A stretch of 64,000 nucleotides of DNA, from positions 20,708,001 to 20,772,000 of the forward strand of contig OZ024744.1 in NCBI GenBank assembly GCA_964016885.1, read 5' to 3'. The stretch's first letter is position 1, and every line of letters starts with the position of its first letter. Positions 29,640 to 43,830 of this stretch are shown here, in pieces. This stretch comes from Eledone cirrhosa (lineage: Eukaryota). Both the position numbers and the translations under genes were made by a program. The notes beneath the pieces were generated by a model. The model was not told the origin of the DNA and did no database searches. It saw only the letters and a list, made by a program, of their open reading frames with translations.

Positions 29640-31917
29640 CAGCCTTAAGAACTGACTCGTTTTAAAACAGTTGAATCGTTAGAACTGACTCGTTTTAACA
29701 ACAGTTGAATCTTAAAATAAAACTCGTTTTAACAATAGTTGAATCTCAAGAACTGACTCGTTTTAGCAACAGTTGAATCTTAAGATAACACTCGTTTTCA
29801 TAACAGTTGAATCTTAAGAACTGTCTCGTTTTAACAACAGTTGAATTTTAAGATAAACCTCGTTTTGACAACAGTTTAATCTTAAGAACTGACTCGTTTT
29901 AACAACAGTTAAATCTTAATAACTGACTCGTTTTAACAACAGTTGAATGTTAAGATAAAACTCGTTTTAACAATAGTTGAATCTTAAGAACTGACTCGTT
30001 TTAACAACAGTTGAATCTTAAGATAAAACTCGTTTTAACAACTGTTGAATCTTAAGAACTGACTCGTTTTAACAACAGCTGAATCTTAAGATAAAACTCG
30101 TTTTAACAACAGTTGAATCTTAAGAACTGACTCGTTTTAACAACAGTTGAATCTTCAAATAAAACTCGTTTTAACAACAATTGAATCTTAAGAACTGACT
30201 CGTTTAACAACAGTTGAATGTTAAGATAAAACTCGTTTTAACAATAGTGGAATCTTAAGAACTGACTCGTTTTAACAACAGTTGAATCTTAAGATAAAAC
30301 TCGTTTTAACAACAGTTGAATCTTAAGAACTGACTCGTTTTAACAACAGCTGAATCTTAAGATAAAACTCGTTTTAACAACAGTTCAAACTTAAGAAATG
30401 ACTCGTTTTAACAAAAGTTGAATCTTATGAACTCACTCATTTTAACAACAGTTGAATCTTAAGATAACATTCGTTTTAACAACAGTTGAATCTTAAGAAC
30501 TGATTCGTTTTAACAACAGTTGAATCTTAAGATAAAACTCGTTTTAACAACACGTGAATCTTAAGAACGGACTCGTTTTAACAACACCTGAATCTTAAGA
30601 TAAAACTCGTTTTAACAACAGTTGAATCTTAAGAACTGATTCGTTTTAACAACAGTTCAAACTTAAGAACTGACTCGTTTTAACAACAGTTGAATCTTAT
30701 GAACTGACTCATTTTAATAACAGTTGAATCTTAAGATAACATTCGTTTTAACAACAGTTGAATCTTAAGAACTGACTCGTTTTAACAACAGTTGAATCTT
30801 AAAGATAAAACTCGTTTCGACAACAGTTGAATCTTAAGAACTGACTCGTTTTAACAACAGCTGAATCTTAAGATAAAACTCGTTTTAACAACAGTTGAAT
30901 CTTAAGATAAAACTCGTTTTAACAACAGTTGAATCTTAAGAACTGACTCGTTTTAACGACAGCTGAATCTTAAGATAAAACTCGTTTTAACAACAGTTCA
31001 AACTTAAGAAATGACTCGTTTTAACAACAGTTGAATCTTATGAACTGACTCATTTTAACAACAGTTGAATCTTAAGAACTGATTCGTTTTAACAACAGCT
31101 GAATCTTAAGATAAAACTTGTTTTAACAACAGTTGAATCTTAAGAACTGACTCGTTTTAACAACAGCTGAATCTTAAGATAAAACTCGTTTTAACAACAG
31201 TTGAATCTTAAGAACTGACTCGTTTTAACAACAGCTGAATCTTAAGATAAAACTCGTTTTAACAACAGTTGAATCTTAAGATAAAACTCGTTTTAACAAC
31301 AGTTGAATCTTAAGAACTGACTCTTTTTAACAACAGTTGAATCTCAAGATAAAACTCGTTTTAACAACAGTTGAATCTTATGAGCTAACTCATTTTAATA
31401 ACAGTTGAATCTTAAGTTAAGACTCGTTTTAACAACAGTTGAATCTTAAGAACTGACTCGTTTTAACAACAGCTGAATCTTAAGATAAAACTCGTTTTAA
31501 CAACAGTTGAATCTTAAGATAAAACTCGTTTTAACAACAGTTGAATCTTAAGTACTGACTCGTTTTAACAACAGTTGAATCTTAAGATAAAACTCGTTTT
31601 AACAACAGTTGAATCTTATGAGCTAACTCATTTTAACAACAGTTGAATCTTAAGTTAAGACTCGTTTTAACAACAGTTGAATCTTAAGAACTGACTCGTT
31701 TTAACGACGGCTGAATCTTAAGACAAAACCCGTTTTAACAACAGTTGAATCTTAAGAACTGTCTCGTTTTAACAACAGTTGAATCTTAAGATAAACCTCG
31801 TTTTAACAACAGTTTAATCTTAAGAACTGACTCGTTTTAACAACAGTTGAATCTTAAGACAAAACTCGTTTTAACAACAGTTGAATCTTAAGAACTGACT
31901 TGTTCAAACAACAGTTC
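29640..31917 (+). repeat. Representative full higher-order repeat unit (about 67 monomers, about 2.28 kb)
   Basis: Bounded by successive copies of the marker 'cagccttaag...ttttaaaacagttgaatcgttag'. Diagnostic variants occur in the same order as in other units. Marker spacings of 2278, 2277, 2278 and 2278 bp at 22298-24576, 29640-31917, 39397-41675 and 41675-43953. Confidence 0.8.
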
Positions 31918-34129
31918 AGCCTTAAGAACTGACTCGTTTTAAAACAGTTGAATCGTTAGAACTGACTCGATTTAACAACAGTTGAATCTTAAAATAAAAC
32001 TCGTTTTAACAATAGTTGAATCTCAAGAACTGACTCGTTTTAGCAACAGTTGAATCTTAAGATAACACTCGTTTTAACAATAGTTGAATCTTAAGAACTG
32101 ACTCGTTTTAACAAAAGTTGAATCTTAAGATAAAACTCGTTTTAACAACTGTTGAATCTTAAGAACTGACTCGTTTTAACAACAGCTGAATCTTAAGATA
32201 AAACTCGTTTTAACAACAGTTGAATCTTAAGAACTGACTCGTTTTAACAACAGTTGAATCTTCAAATAAAACTCGTTTTAACAACAGTTGAATCTTAAGA
32301 ACTGACTCGTTTTAACAACAGTTGAATCTTAAGATAAAACTCGTTTTAACAACACGTGAATCTTAAGAACGGACTCGTTTTAACAACACCTGAATCTTAA
32401 GATAAAACTCGTTTTAACAACAGTTGAATCTTAAGAACTGATTCGTTTTAACAACAGTTCAAACTTAAGAACTGACTCGTTTTAACAACAGTTGAATCTT
32501 ATGAACTGACTCATTTTAATAACAGTTGAATCTTAAGATAACATTCGTTTTAACAACAGTTGAATCTTAAGAACTGACTCGTTTTAACAACAGTTGAATC
32601 TTAAAGATAAAACTCGTTTCGACAACAGTTGAATCTTAAGAACTGACTCGTTTTAACAACAGCTGAATCTTAAGATAAAACTCGTTTTAACAACAGTTGA
32701 ATCTTAAGATAAAACTCGTTTTAACAACAGTTGAATCTTAAGAACTGACTCGTTTTAACGACAGCTGAATCTTAAGATAAAACTCGTTTTAACAACAGTT
32801 CAAACTTAAGAAATGACTCGTTTTAACAACAGTTGAATCTTATGAACTGACTCATTTTAACAACAGTTGAATCTTAAGAACTGATTCGTTTTAACAACAG
32901 CTGAATCTTAAGATAAAACTTGTTTTAACAACAGTTGAATCTTAAGAACTGACTCGTTTTAACAACAGCTGAATCTTAAGATAAAACTCGTTTTAACAAC
33001 AGTTGAATCTTAAGAACTGACTCGTTTTAACAACAGCTGAATCTTAAGATAAAACTCGTTTTAACAGCAGTTGAATCTTAAGATAAAACTCGTTTTAACA
33101 ACAGTTGAATCTTAAGAACTGACTCTTTTTAACAACAGTTGAATCTCAAGATAAAACTCGTTTTAACAACAGTTGAATCTTATGAGCTAACTCATTTTAA
33201 TAACAGTTGAATCTTAAGTTAAGACTCGTTTTAACAACAGTTGAATCTTAAGAACCGACTCGTTTTAACAACAGCTGAATCTTAAGATAAAACTCGTTTT
33301 AACAACAGTTGAATCTTAAGATAAAACTCGTTTTAACAACAGTTGAATCTTAAGTACTGACTCGTTTTAACAACAGTTGAATCTTAAGATAAAACTCGTT
33401 TTAACAACAGTTGAATCTTATGAGCTAACTCATTTTAACAACAGTTGAATCTTAAGTTAAGACTCGTTTTAACAACAGTTGAATCTTAAGAACTGACTCG
33501 TTTTAACGACGGCTGAATCTTAAGACAAAACCCGTTTTAACAACAGTTGAATCTTAAGAACTGTCTCGTTTTAACAACAGTTGAATCTTAAGATAAACCT
33601 CGTTTTAACAACAGTTTAATCTTAAGAACTGACTCGTTTTAACAACAGTTGAATCTTAAGACAAAACTCGTTTTAACAACAGTTGAATCTTAAGAACTGA
33701 CTTGTTCAAACAACAGTTCAGCCTTAAGAACTGACTCGTTTTAAAACAGTTGAATCGTTAGAACTGACTCGATTTAACAACAGTTGAATCTTAAAATAAA
33801 ACTCGTTTTAACAATAGTTGAATCTCAAGAACTGACTCGTTTTAGCAACAGTTGAATCTTAAGATAACACTCGTTTTAACAATAGTTGAATCTTAAGAAC
33901 TGACTCGTTTTAACAAAAGTTGAATCTTAAGATAAAACTCGTTTTAACAACTGTTGAATCTTAAGAACTGACTCGTTTTAACAACAGCTGAATCTTAAGA
34001 TAAAACTCGTTTTAACAACAGTTGAATCTTAAGAACTGACTCGTTTTAACAACAGTTGAATCTTCAAATAAAACTCGTTTTAACAACAGTTGAATCTTAA
34101 GAACTGACTCGTTTTAACAACAGTTGAAT
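30505..34129 (+). repeat. Tandem duplication with 1802-bp period (53 monomers)
   Basis: cggctgaa 31708/33510 and tgttcaaaca 31901/33703. Both copies share the same internal truncation after 'gataacactc'. Confidence 0.9.
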
Positions 34130-37100
34130 GTTAAGATAAAACTCGTTTTAACAATAGTGGAATCTTAAGAACTGACTCGTTTTAACAACAGTTGAATCTT
34201 AAGATAAAACTCGTTTTAACAACAGTTGAATCTTAAGAACTGACTCGTTTTAACAACAGCTGAATCTTAAGATAACATTCGTTTTAACAACAGTTGAATC
34301 TTAAGAACTGATTCGTTTTAACAACAGTTGAATCTTAAGATAAATCTCGTTTTAACAACACGTGAATCTTAAGAACGGACTCGTTTTAACAACACCTGAA
34401 TCTTAAGATAAAACTCGTTTTAACAACAGTTGAATCTTAAGAACAGATTCGTTTTAACAACAGTTCAAACTTAAGAACTGACTCGTTTTAACAACAGTTG
34501 AATCTTATGAACTGACTCATTTTAACAACAGTTGAATCTTAAGATAACATTCGTTTTAACAACAGTTGAATCTTAAGAACTGACTCGTTTTAACAACAGT
34601 TGAATCTTAAAGATAAAACTCGTTTCGACAACAGTTGAATCTTAAGAACTGACTCGTTTAACAACAGCTGAATCTTAAGATAAAACTCGTTTTAACAACA
34701 GTTGAATCTTAAGATAAAACTCGTTTTAACAACAGTTGAATCTTAAGAACTGACTCGTTTTAACGACAGCTGAATCTTAAGATAAAACTCGTTTTAACAA
34801 CAGTTCAAACTTAAGAAATGACTTGTTTTAACAACAGTTGAATCTTATGAACTGACTCATTTTAACAACAGTTGAATCTTAAGAACTGATTCGTTTTAAC
34901 AACAGCTGAATCTTAAGATAAAACTCGTTTTAACAACAGTTGAATCTTAAGAACTGACTCGTTTTAACAACAGCTGAATCTTAAGATAAAACTCGTTTTA
35001 ACAACAGTTGAATCTTAAGAACTGACTCGTTTTAACAACAGCTGAATCTTAAGATAAAACTCGTTTTAACAACAGTTGAATCTTAAGATAAAACTCGTTT
35101 TAACAACAGTTGAATCTTAAGAACTGACTCTTTTTAACAACAGTTGAATCTTAAGATAAAACTCGTTTTAACAACTGTTGAATCTTAAGAACTGACTCGT
35201 TTTAACAACAGCTGAATCTTAAGATAAAACTCGTTTTAACAACAGTTGAATCTTAAGAACTGACTCGTTTTAACAACAGTTGAATCTTCAAATAAAACTC
35301 GTTTTAACAACAATTGAATCTTAAGAACTGACTCGTTTTAACAACAGTTGAATGTTAAGATAAAACTCGTTTTAACAATAGTGGAATCTTAAGAACTGAC
35401 TCGTTTTAACAACAGTTGAATCTTAAGATAAAACTCGTTTTAACAACAGTTGAATCTTAAGAACTGACTCGTTTTAACAACAGCTGAATCTTAAGATAAA
35501 ACTCGTTTTAACAACAGTTCAAACTTAAGAAATGACTCGTTTTAACAAAAGTTGAATCTTATGAACTCACTCATTTTAACAACAGTTGAATCTTAAGATA
35601 ACATTCGTTTTAACAACAGTTGAATCTTAAGAACTGATTCGTTTTAACAACAGTTGAATCTTAAGATAAAACTCGTTTTAACAACACGTGAATCTTAAGA
35701 ACGGACTCGTTTTAACAACACCTGAATCTTAAGATAAAACTCGTTTTAACAACAGTTGAATCTTAAGAACTGATTCGTTTTAACAACAGTTCAAACTTAA
35801 GAACTGACTCGTTTTAACAACAGTTGAATCTTATGAACTGACTCATTTTAATAACAGTTGAATCTTAAGATAACATTCGTTTTAACAACAGTTGAATCTT
35901 AAGAACTGACTCGTTTTAACAACAGTTGAATCTTAAAGATAAAACTCGTTTCGACAACAGTTGAATCTTAAGAACTGACTCGTTTTAACAACAGCTGAAT
36001 CTTAAGATAAAACTCGTTTTAACAACAGTTGAATCTTAAGATAAAACTCGTTTTAACAACAGTTGAATCTTAAGAACTGACTCGTTTTAACGACAGCTGA
36101 ATCTTAAGATAAAACTCGTTTTAACAACAGTTCAAACTTAAGAAATGACTCGTTTTAACAACAGTTGAATCTTATGAACTGACTCATTTTAACAACAGTT
36201 GAATCTTAAGAACTGATTCGTTTTAACAACAGCTGAATGTTAAGATAAAACTTGTTTTAACAACAGTTGAATCTTAAGAACTGACTCGTTTTAACAACAG
36301 CTGAATCTTAAGATAAAACTCGTTTTAACAACAGTTGAATCTTAGGAACTGACTCGTTTTAACAACAGCTGAATCTTAAGATAAAACTCGTTTTAACAAC
36401 AGTTGAATCTTAAGATAAAACTCGTTTTAACAACAGTTGAATCTTAAGAACTGACTCTTTTTAACAACAGTTGAATCTCAAGATAAAACTCGTTTTAACA
36501 ACAGTTGAATCTTATGAGCTAACTCATTTTAATAACAGTTGAATCTAAAGTTAAGACTCGTTTTAACAACAGTTGAATCTTAAGAACTGACTCGTTTTAA
36601 CAACAGCTGAATCTTAAGATAAAACTCGTTTTAACAACAGTTGAATCTTAAGATAAAACTCGTTTTAACAACAGTTGAATCTTAAGTACTGACTCGTTTT
36701 AACAACAGTTGAATCTTATGATAAAACTCGTTTTAACAACAGTTGAATCTTATGAGCTAACTCATTTTAACAACAGTTGAATCTTAAGTTAAGACTCGTT
36801 TTAACAACAGTTGAATCTTAAGAACTGACTCGTTTTAACGACAGCTGAATCTTAAGACAAAACCCGTTTTAACAACAGTTGAATCTTAAGAACTGTCTCG
36901 TTTTAACAACAGTTGAATCTTAAGATAAACCTCGTTTTAACAACAGTTTAATCTTAAGAACTGACTCGTTTTAACAACAGTTGAATCTTAAGACAAAACT
37001 CGTTTTAACAACAGTTGAATCTTAAGAACTGACTTGTTCAAACAACAGTTCAGCCTTAAGAACTGACTCGTTTTAAAACAGTTGAATCGTTAGAACTGAC

Positions 37101-39349
37101 TCGTTTTAACAACAGTTGAATCTTAAAATAAAACTCGTTTTAACAATAGTTGAATCTCAAGAACTGACTCGTTTTAGCAACAGTTGAATCTTAAGATAAC
37201 ACTCGTTTTCATAACAGTTGAATCTTAAGAACTGTCTCGTTTTAACAACAGTTGAATTTTAAGATAAACCTCGTTTTGACAACAGTTGAATCTTAAGAAC
37301 TGACTCGTTTTAACAACAGTTAAATCTTAATAACTGACTCGTTTTAACAACAGTTGAATGTTAAGATAAAACTCGTTTTAACAATAGTTGAATCTTAAGA
37401 ACTGACTCGTTTTAACAAAAGTTGAATCTTAAGATAAAACTCGTTTTAACAACTGTTGAATCTTAAGAACTGACTCGTTTTAACAACAGCTGAATCTTAA
37501 GATAAAACTCGTTTTAACAACAGTTGAATCTTAAGAACTGACTCGTTTTAACAACAGTTGAATCTTCAAATAAAACTCGTTTTAACAACAGTTGAATCTT
37601 AAGAACTGACTCGTTTTAACAACAGTTGAATGTTAAGATAAAACTCGTTTTAACAATAGTGGAATCTTAAGAACTGACTCGTTTTAACAACAGTTGAATC
37701 TTAAGATAAAACTCGTTTTAACAACAGTTGAATCTTAAGAACTGACTCGTTTTAACAACAGCTGAATCTTAAGATAACATTCGTTTTAACAACAGTTGAA
37801 TCTTAAGAACTGATTCGTTTTAACAACAGTTGAATCTTAAGATAAATCTCGTTTTAACCACACGTGAATCTTAAGAACGGACTCATTTTAACAACACCTG
37901 AATCTTAAGATAAAACTCGTTTTAACAACAGTTGAATCTTAAGAACAGATTCGTTTTAACAACAGTTCAAACTTAAGAACTGACTCGATTTAACAACAGT
38001 TGAATCTTATGAACTGACTCATTTTAACAACAGTTGAATCTTAAGATAACATTCGTTTTAATAACAGTTGAATCTTAAGAACTGACTCGTTTTAACAACA
38101 GTTGAATCTTAAAGATAAAACTCGTTTCGACAACAGTTGAATCTTAAGAACTGACTCGTTTTAACAACAGCTGAAACTTAAGATAAAACTCGTTTTAACA
38201 ACAGTTGAATCTTAAGATAAAACTCGTTTTAACAACAGTTGAATCTTAAGAACTGACTCGTTTTAACGACAGCTGAATCTTAAGATAAAACTCGTTTTAA
38301 CAACAGTTCAAACTTAAGAAATGACTTGTTTTAACAACAGTTGAATCTTATGAACTGACTCATTTTAACAACAGTTGAATCTTAAGAACTGATTCGTTTT
38401 AAAAACAGCTGAATCTTAAGATAAAACTCGTTTTAACAACAGTTGAATCTTAAGAACTGACTCGTTTTAACAACAGCTGAATCTTAAGATAAAACTCGTT
38501 TTAACAACAGTTGAATCTTAAGAACTGACTCGTTTTAACAACAGCTGAATCTTAAGATAAAACTCGTTTTAACAACAGTTGAATCTTAAGATAAAACTCG
38601 TTTTAACAACAGTTGAATCTTAAGAACTGACTCTTTTTAACAACAGTTGAATCTTAAGATAAAACTCGTTTTAACAACAGTTGAATCTTATGAGCTAACT
38701 CATTTTAACAACAGTTGAATCTTAAGTTAAGACTCGTTTTAACAACAGTTGAATCTTAAGAACTGACTCGTTTTAACAACAGCTGAATCTTAAGATAAAA
38801 CTCGTTTTAACAACAGTTGAATCTTAAGATAAAACTCGTTTTAACAACAGTTGAATCTTAAGTACTGACTCGTTTTAACAACAGTTGAATCTTAAGATAA
38901 AACTCATTTTAACAACAGTTGAATCTTAAGTTAAGACTCGTTTTAACAACAGTTGAATCTTAAGAACTGACTCGTTTTAACGACAGCTGAATCTTAAGAT
39001 AAAAATCATTTTAACAACAGTTGGATCTTAAGAACTGACTCGTTTTAACAACAGTTGAATCTTACGATAAAACTCGTTTTAACAACAGTTGAATCTTATG
39101 AACTAACTCATTTTAACAACAGTTGAATCTTAAGTTAAGACTCGTTTTAACAACAGTTGAATCTTAAGAACTGACTCGTGTTAACAACAGTTGAATATTA
39201 AGACAAAACCCGTTTTAACAACAGTTGAATCTTAAGAACTGTCTCGTTTTAACAACAGTTGAATCTTAAAATAAACCTCGTTTTAACAACAGTTTAATCT
39301 TAAGAACTGACTCGTTTTAACAACAGTTGAATCTGAAGACAAAACTCGT

Positions 39350-42300
39350 TTTAACAACAGTTGAATCTTAAGAACTGACTTGTTCTAACAACAGTTCAGC
39401 CTTAAGAACTGACTCGTTTTAAACCAGTTGAATCGTTAGAACTGACTCGTTTTAACAACAGTTGAATCTTAAAATAAAACTCGTTTTAACAATAGTTGAA
39501 TCTCAAGAACTGACTCGTTTTAGCAACAGTTGAATCTTAAGATAACACTCGTTTTCATAACAGTTGAATCTTAAGAACTGTCTCGTTTTAACAACAGTTG
39601 AATTTTAAGATAAACCTCGTTTTGACAACAGTTAAATTTTAAGAACTGACTCGTTTTAACAACAGTTAAATCTTAATAACTGACTCGTTTTAACAACAGT
39701 TGAATGTTAAGATAAAACTCGTTTTAACAACTGTTGAATCTTAAGAACTGACTCGTTTTAACAACAGCTGAATCTTAAGATAAAACTCGTTTTAACAACA
39801 GTTGAATCTTAAGAACTGACTCGTTTTAACAACAGTTGAAGCTTCAAATAAAACTCGTTTTAACAACAGTTGAATCTTAAGAACTGACTCGTTTTAACAA
39901 CAGTTGAATGTTAAGATAAAACTCGTTTTAACAATAGTGGAATCTTAAGAACTGACTCGTTTTAACAACAGTTGAATCTTAAGATAAAACTCGTTTTAAC
40001 AACAGTTGAATCTTAAGAACTGACTCGTTTTAACAACAGCTGAATCTTAATATAAAACTCGTTTTAACAACAGTTCAAACTTAAGAAATGACTCGTTTTA
40101 ACAAAAGTTGAATCTTATGAACTCACTCATTTTAACAACAGTTGAATCTTAAGATAACATTCGGTTTAACAACAGTTGAATCTTAAGAACTGATTCGTTT
40201 TAACAACAGTTGAATCTTAAGATAAAACTCGTTTTAACAACAGTTGAATCTTAAGAACTGACTCGTTTTAACAACAGCTGAATCTTAAGATAACATTCGT
40301 TTTAACAACAGTTGAATCTTAAGAACTGATTCGTTTTAACAACAGTTGAATCTTAAGATAAAACTCGTTTTAACAACACGTGAATCTTAAGAACGGACTC
40401 GTTTTAACAACACCTGAATCTTAAGATAAAACTCGTTTTAACAACAGTTGAATCTTAAGAACTGATTCGTTTTAACAACAGTTCAAACTTAAGAACTGAC
40501 TCGTTTTAACAACAGTTGAATCTTATGAACTGACTCATTTTAACAACAGTTGAATCTTAAGATAACATTCGTTTTAACAACAGTTGAATCTTAAGAACTG
40601 ACTCGTTTTAACAACAGTTGAATCTTAAAGATAAAACTCGTTTCGACAACAGTTGAATCTTAAGAACTGACTCGTTTTAACAACAGCTGAATCTTAAGAT
40701 AAAACTCGTTTTAACAACAGTTGAATCTTAAGATAAAACTCGTTTTAACAACAGTTGAATCTTATGAACTTACTCATTTTAACAACAGTTGAATCTTAAG
40801 AACTGATTCGTTTTAACAACAGCTGAATCTTAAGATAAAACTCGTTTTAACAACAGTTGAATCTTAAGAACTGACTCGTTTTAACAACAGCTGAATCTTA
40901 AGATAAAACTCGTTTTAACAACAGTTGAATCTTAAGAACTGACTCGTTTTAACAACAGCTGAATCTTAAGATAAAACTCGTTTTAACAACAGTTGAATCT
41001 TAAGATAAAACTCGTTTTAACAACAGTTGAATCTTAAGAACTGACTCTTTTTAACAACAGTTGAATCTTAAGATAAAACTCGTTTTAACAACAGTTGAAT
41101 CTTATGAGCTAACTCATTTTAACAACAGTTGAATCTTAAGTTAAGACTCGTTTTAACAACAGTTGAATCTTAAGAACTGACTCGTTTTAACAACAGCTGA
41201 ATCTTAAGATAAAACTCGTTTTAACAACAGTTGAATCTTAAGAACTGACTCGCTTTAACAACAGCTGAATCTTAAGATAAAACTCGTTTTAACAACAGTT
41301 GAATCTTAAGATAAAACTCGTTTTAACAACAGTTGAATCTTAAGATAAAACTCGTTTTAACAACAGTTGAATCTTATGAGCTAACTCATTTTAACAACAG
41401 TTGAATCTTAAGTTAAGACTCGTTTTAACAACAGTTGAATCTTAAGAACTGACTCGTTTTAACGACAGCTGAATCTTAAGACAAAACCCGTTTTAACAAC
41501 AGTTGAATCTTAAGAACTGTCTCGTTTTAACAACAGTTGAATCTTAAGATAAACCTCGTTTTAACAACAGTTTAATCTTAAGAACTGACTCGTTTTAACA
41601 ACAGTTGAATCTTAAGACAAAACTCGTTTTAACAACAGTTGAATCTTAAGAACTGACTTGTTCTAACAACAGTTCAGCCTTAAGAACTGACTCGTTTTAA
41701 ACCAGTTGAATCGTTAGAACTGACTCGTTTTAACAACAGTTGAATCTTAAAATAAAACTCGTTTTAACAATAGTTGAATCTCAAGAACTGACTCGTTTTA
41801 GCAACAGTTGAATCTTAAGATAACACTCGTTTTCATAACAGTTGAATCTTAAGAACTGTCGCGTTTTAACAACAGTTGAATTTTAAGATAAACCTCGTTT
41901 TGACAACAGTTGAATCTTAAGAACTGACTCGTTTTAACAACAGTTAAATCTTAATAACTGACTCGTTTTAACAACAGTTGAATGTTAAGATAAAACTCGT
42001 TTTAACAATAGTTGAATCTTAAGAACTGACTCGTTTTAACAACAGTTGAATCTTAAGATAAAACTCGTTTTAACAACTGTTGAATCTTAAGAACTGACTC
42101 GTTTTAACAACAGCTGAATCTTAAGATAAAACTCGTTTTAACAACAGTTGAATCTTAAGAACTGACTCGTTTTAACAACAGTTGAAGCTTCAAATAAAAC
42201 TCGTTTTAACAACAGTTGAATCTTAAGAACTGACTCGTTTTAACAACAGTTGAATGTTAAGATAAAACTCGTTTTAACAATAGTGGAATCTTAAGAACTG

Positions 42301-43830
42301 ACTCGTTTTAATAACAGTTGAATCTTAAGATAAAACTCGTTTTAACAACAGTTGAATCTTAAGAACTGACTCGTTTTAACAACAGCTGAATCTTAAGATA
42401 AAACTCGTTTTAACAACAGTTCAAACTTAAGAAATGACTCGTTTTAACAAAAGTTGAATCTTATGAACTCACTCATTTTAACAACAGTTGAATCTTAAGA
42501 TAACATTCGGTTTAACAACAGTTGAATCTTAAGAACTGATTCGTTTTAACAACAGTTGAATCTTAAGATAAAACTCGTTTTAACAACAGTTGAATCTTAA
42601 GAACTGACTCATTTTAACAACAGCTGAATCTTAAGATAACATTCGTTTTAACAACAGTTGAATCTTAAGAACTGTTTCGTTTTAACAACAGTTGAATCTT
42701 AAGATAAAACTCGTTTTAACAACACGTGAATCTTAAGAACGGACTCGTTTTAACAACACCTGAATCTTAAGATAAAACTCGTTTTAACAACAGTTGAATC
42801 TTAAGAACTGATTCGTTTTAACAACAGTTCAAACTTAAGAACTGACTCGTTTTAACAACAGTTGAATCTTATGAACTGACTCATTTTAACAACAGTTGAA
42901 TCTTAAGATAACATTCGTTTTAACAACAGTTGAATCTTAAGAACTGACTCGTTTTAACAACAGTTGAATCTTAAAGATAAAACTCGTTTCGACAACAGTT
43001 GAATCTTAAGAACTGACTCGTTTTAACAACAGCTGAATCTTAAGATAAAACTCGTTTTAACAACAGTTGAATCTTAAGATAAAACTCGTTTTAACAACAG
43101 TTGAATCTTATGAACTGACTCATTTTAACAACAGTTGAATCTTAAGAACTGATTCGTTTTAACAACAGCTGAATCTTAAGATAAAACTCGTTTTAACAAC
43201 AGTTGAATCTTAAGAACTGACTCGTTTTAACAACAGCTGAATCTTAAGATAAAACTCGTTTTAACAACAGTTGAATCTTAAGATAAAACTCGTTTTAACA
43301 ACAGTTGAATCTTAAGAACTGACTCTTTTTAACAACAGTTGAATCTTAAGATAAAACTCGTTTTAACAACAGTTGAATCTTATGAGCTAACTCATTTTAA
43401 CAACAGTTGAATCTTAAGTTAAGACTCGTTTTAACAACAGTTGAATCTTAAGAACTGACTCGTTTTAACAACAGCTGAATCTTAAGATAAAACTCGTTTT
43501 AACAACAGTTGAATCTTAAGAACTGACTCGCTTTAACAACAGCTGAATCTTAAGATAAAACTCGTTTTAACAACAGTTGAATCTTAAGATAAAACTCGTT
43601 TTAACAACAGTTGAATCTTAAGATAAAACTCGTTTTAACAACAGTTGAATCTTATGAGCTAACTCATTTTAACAACAGTTGAATCTTAAGTTAAGACTCG
43701 TTTTAACAACAGTTGAATCTTAAGAACTGACTCGTTTTAACGACAGCTGAATCTTAAGACAAAACCCGTTTTAACAACAGTTGAATCTTAAGAACTGTCT
43801 CGTTTTAACAACAGTTGAATCTTAAGATAA
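39350..43830 (+). repeat. Adjacent sister HOR copies (offset 2278-2346 bp)
   Basis: aaaccagttg 39421/41699, gaagcttcaaata 39838/42184, cattcggttt about 40158/42504. Confidence 0.8.
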
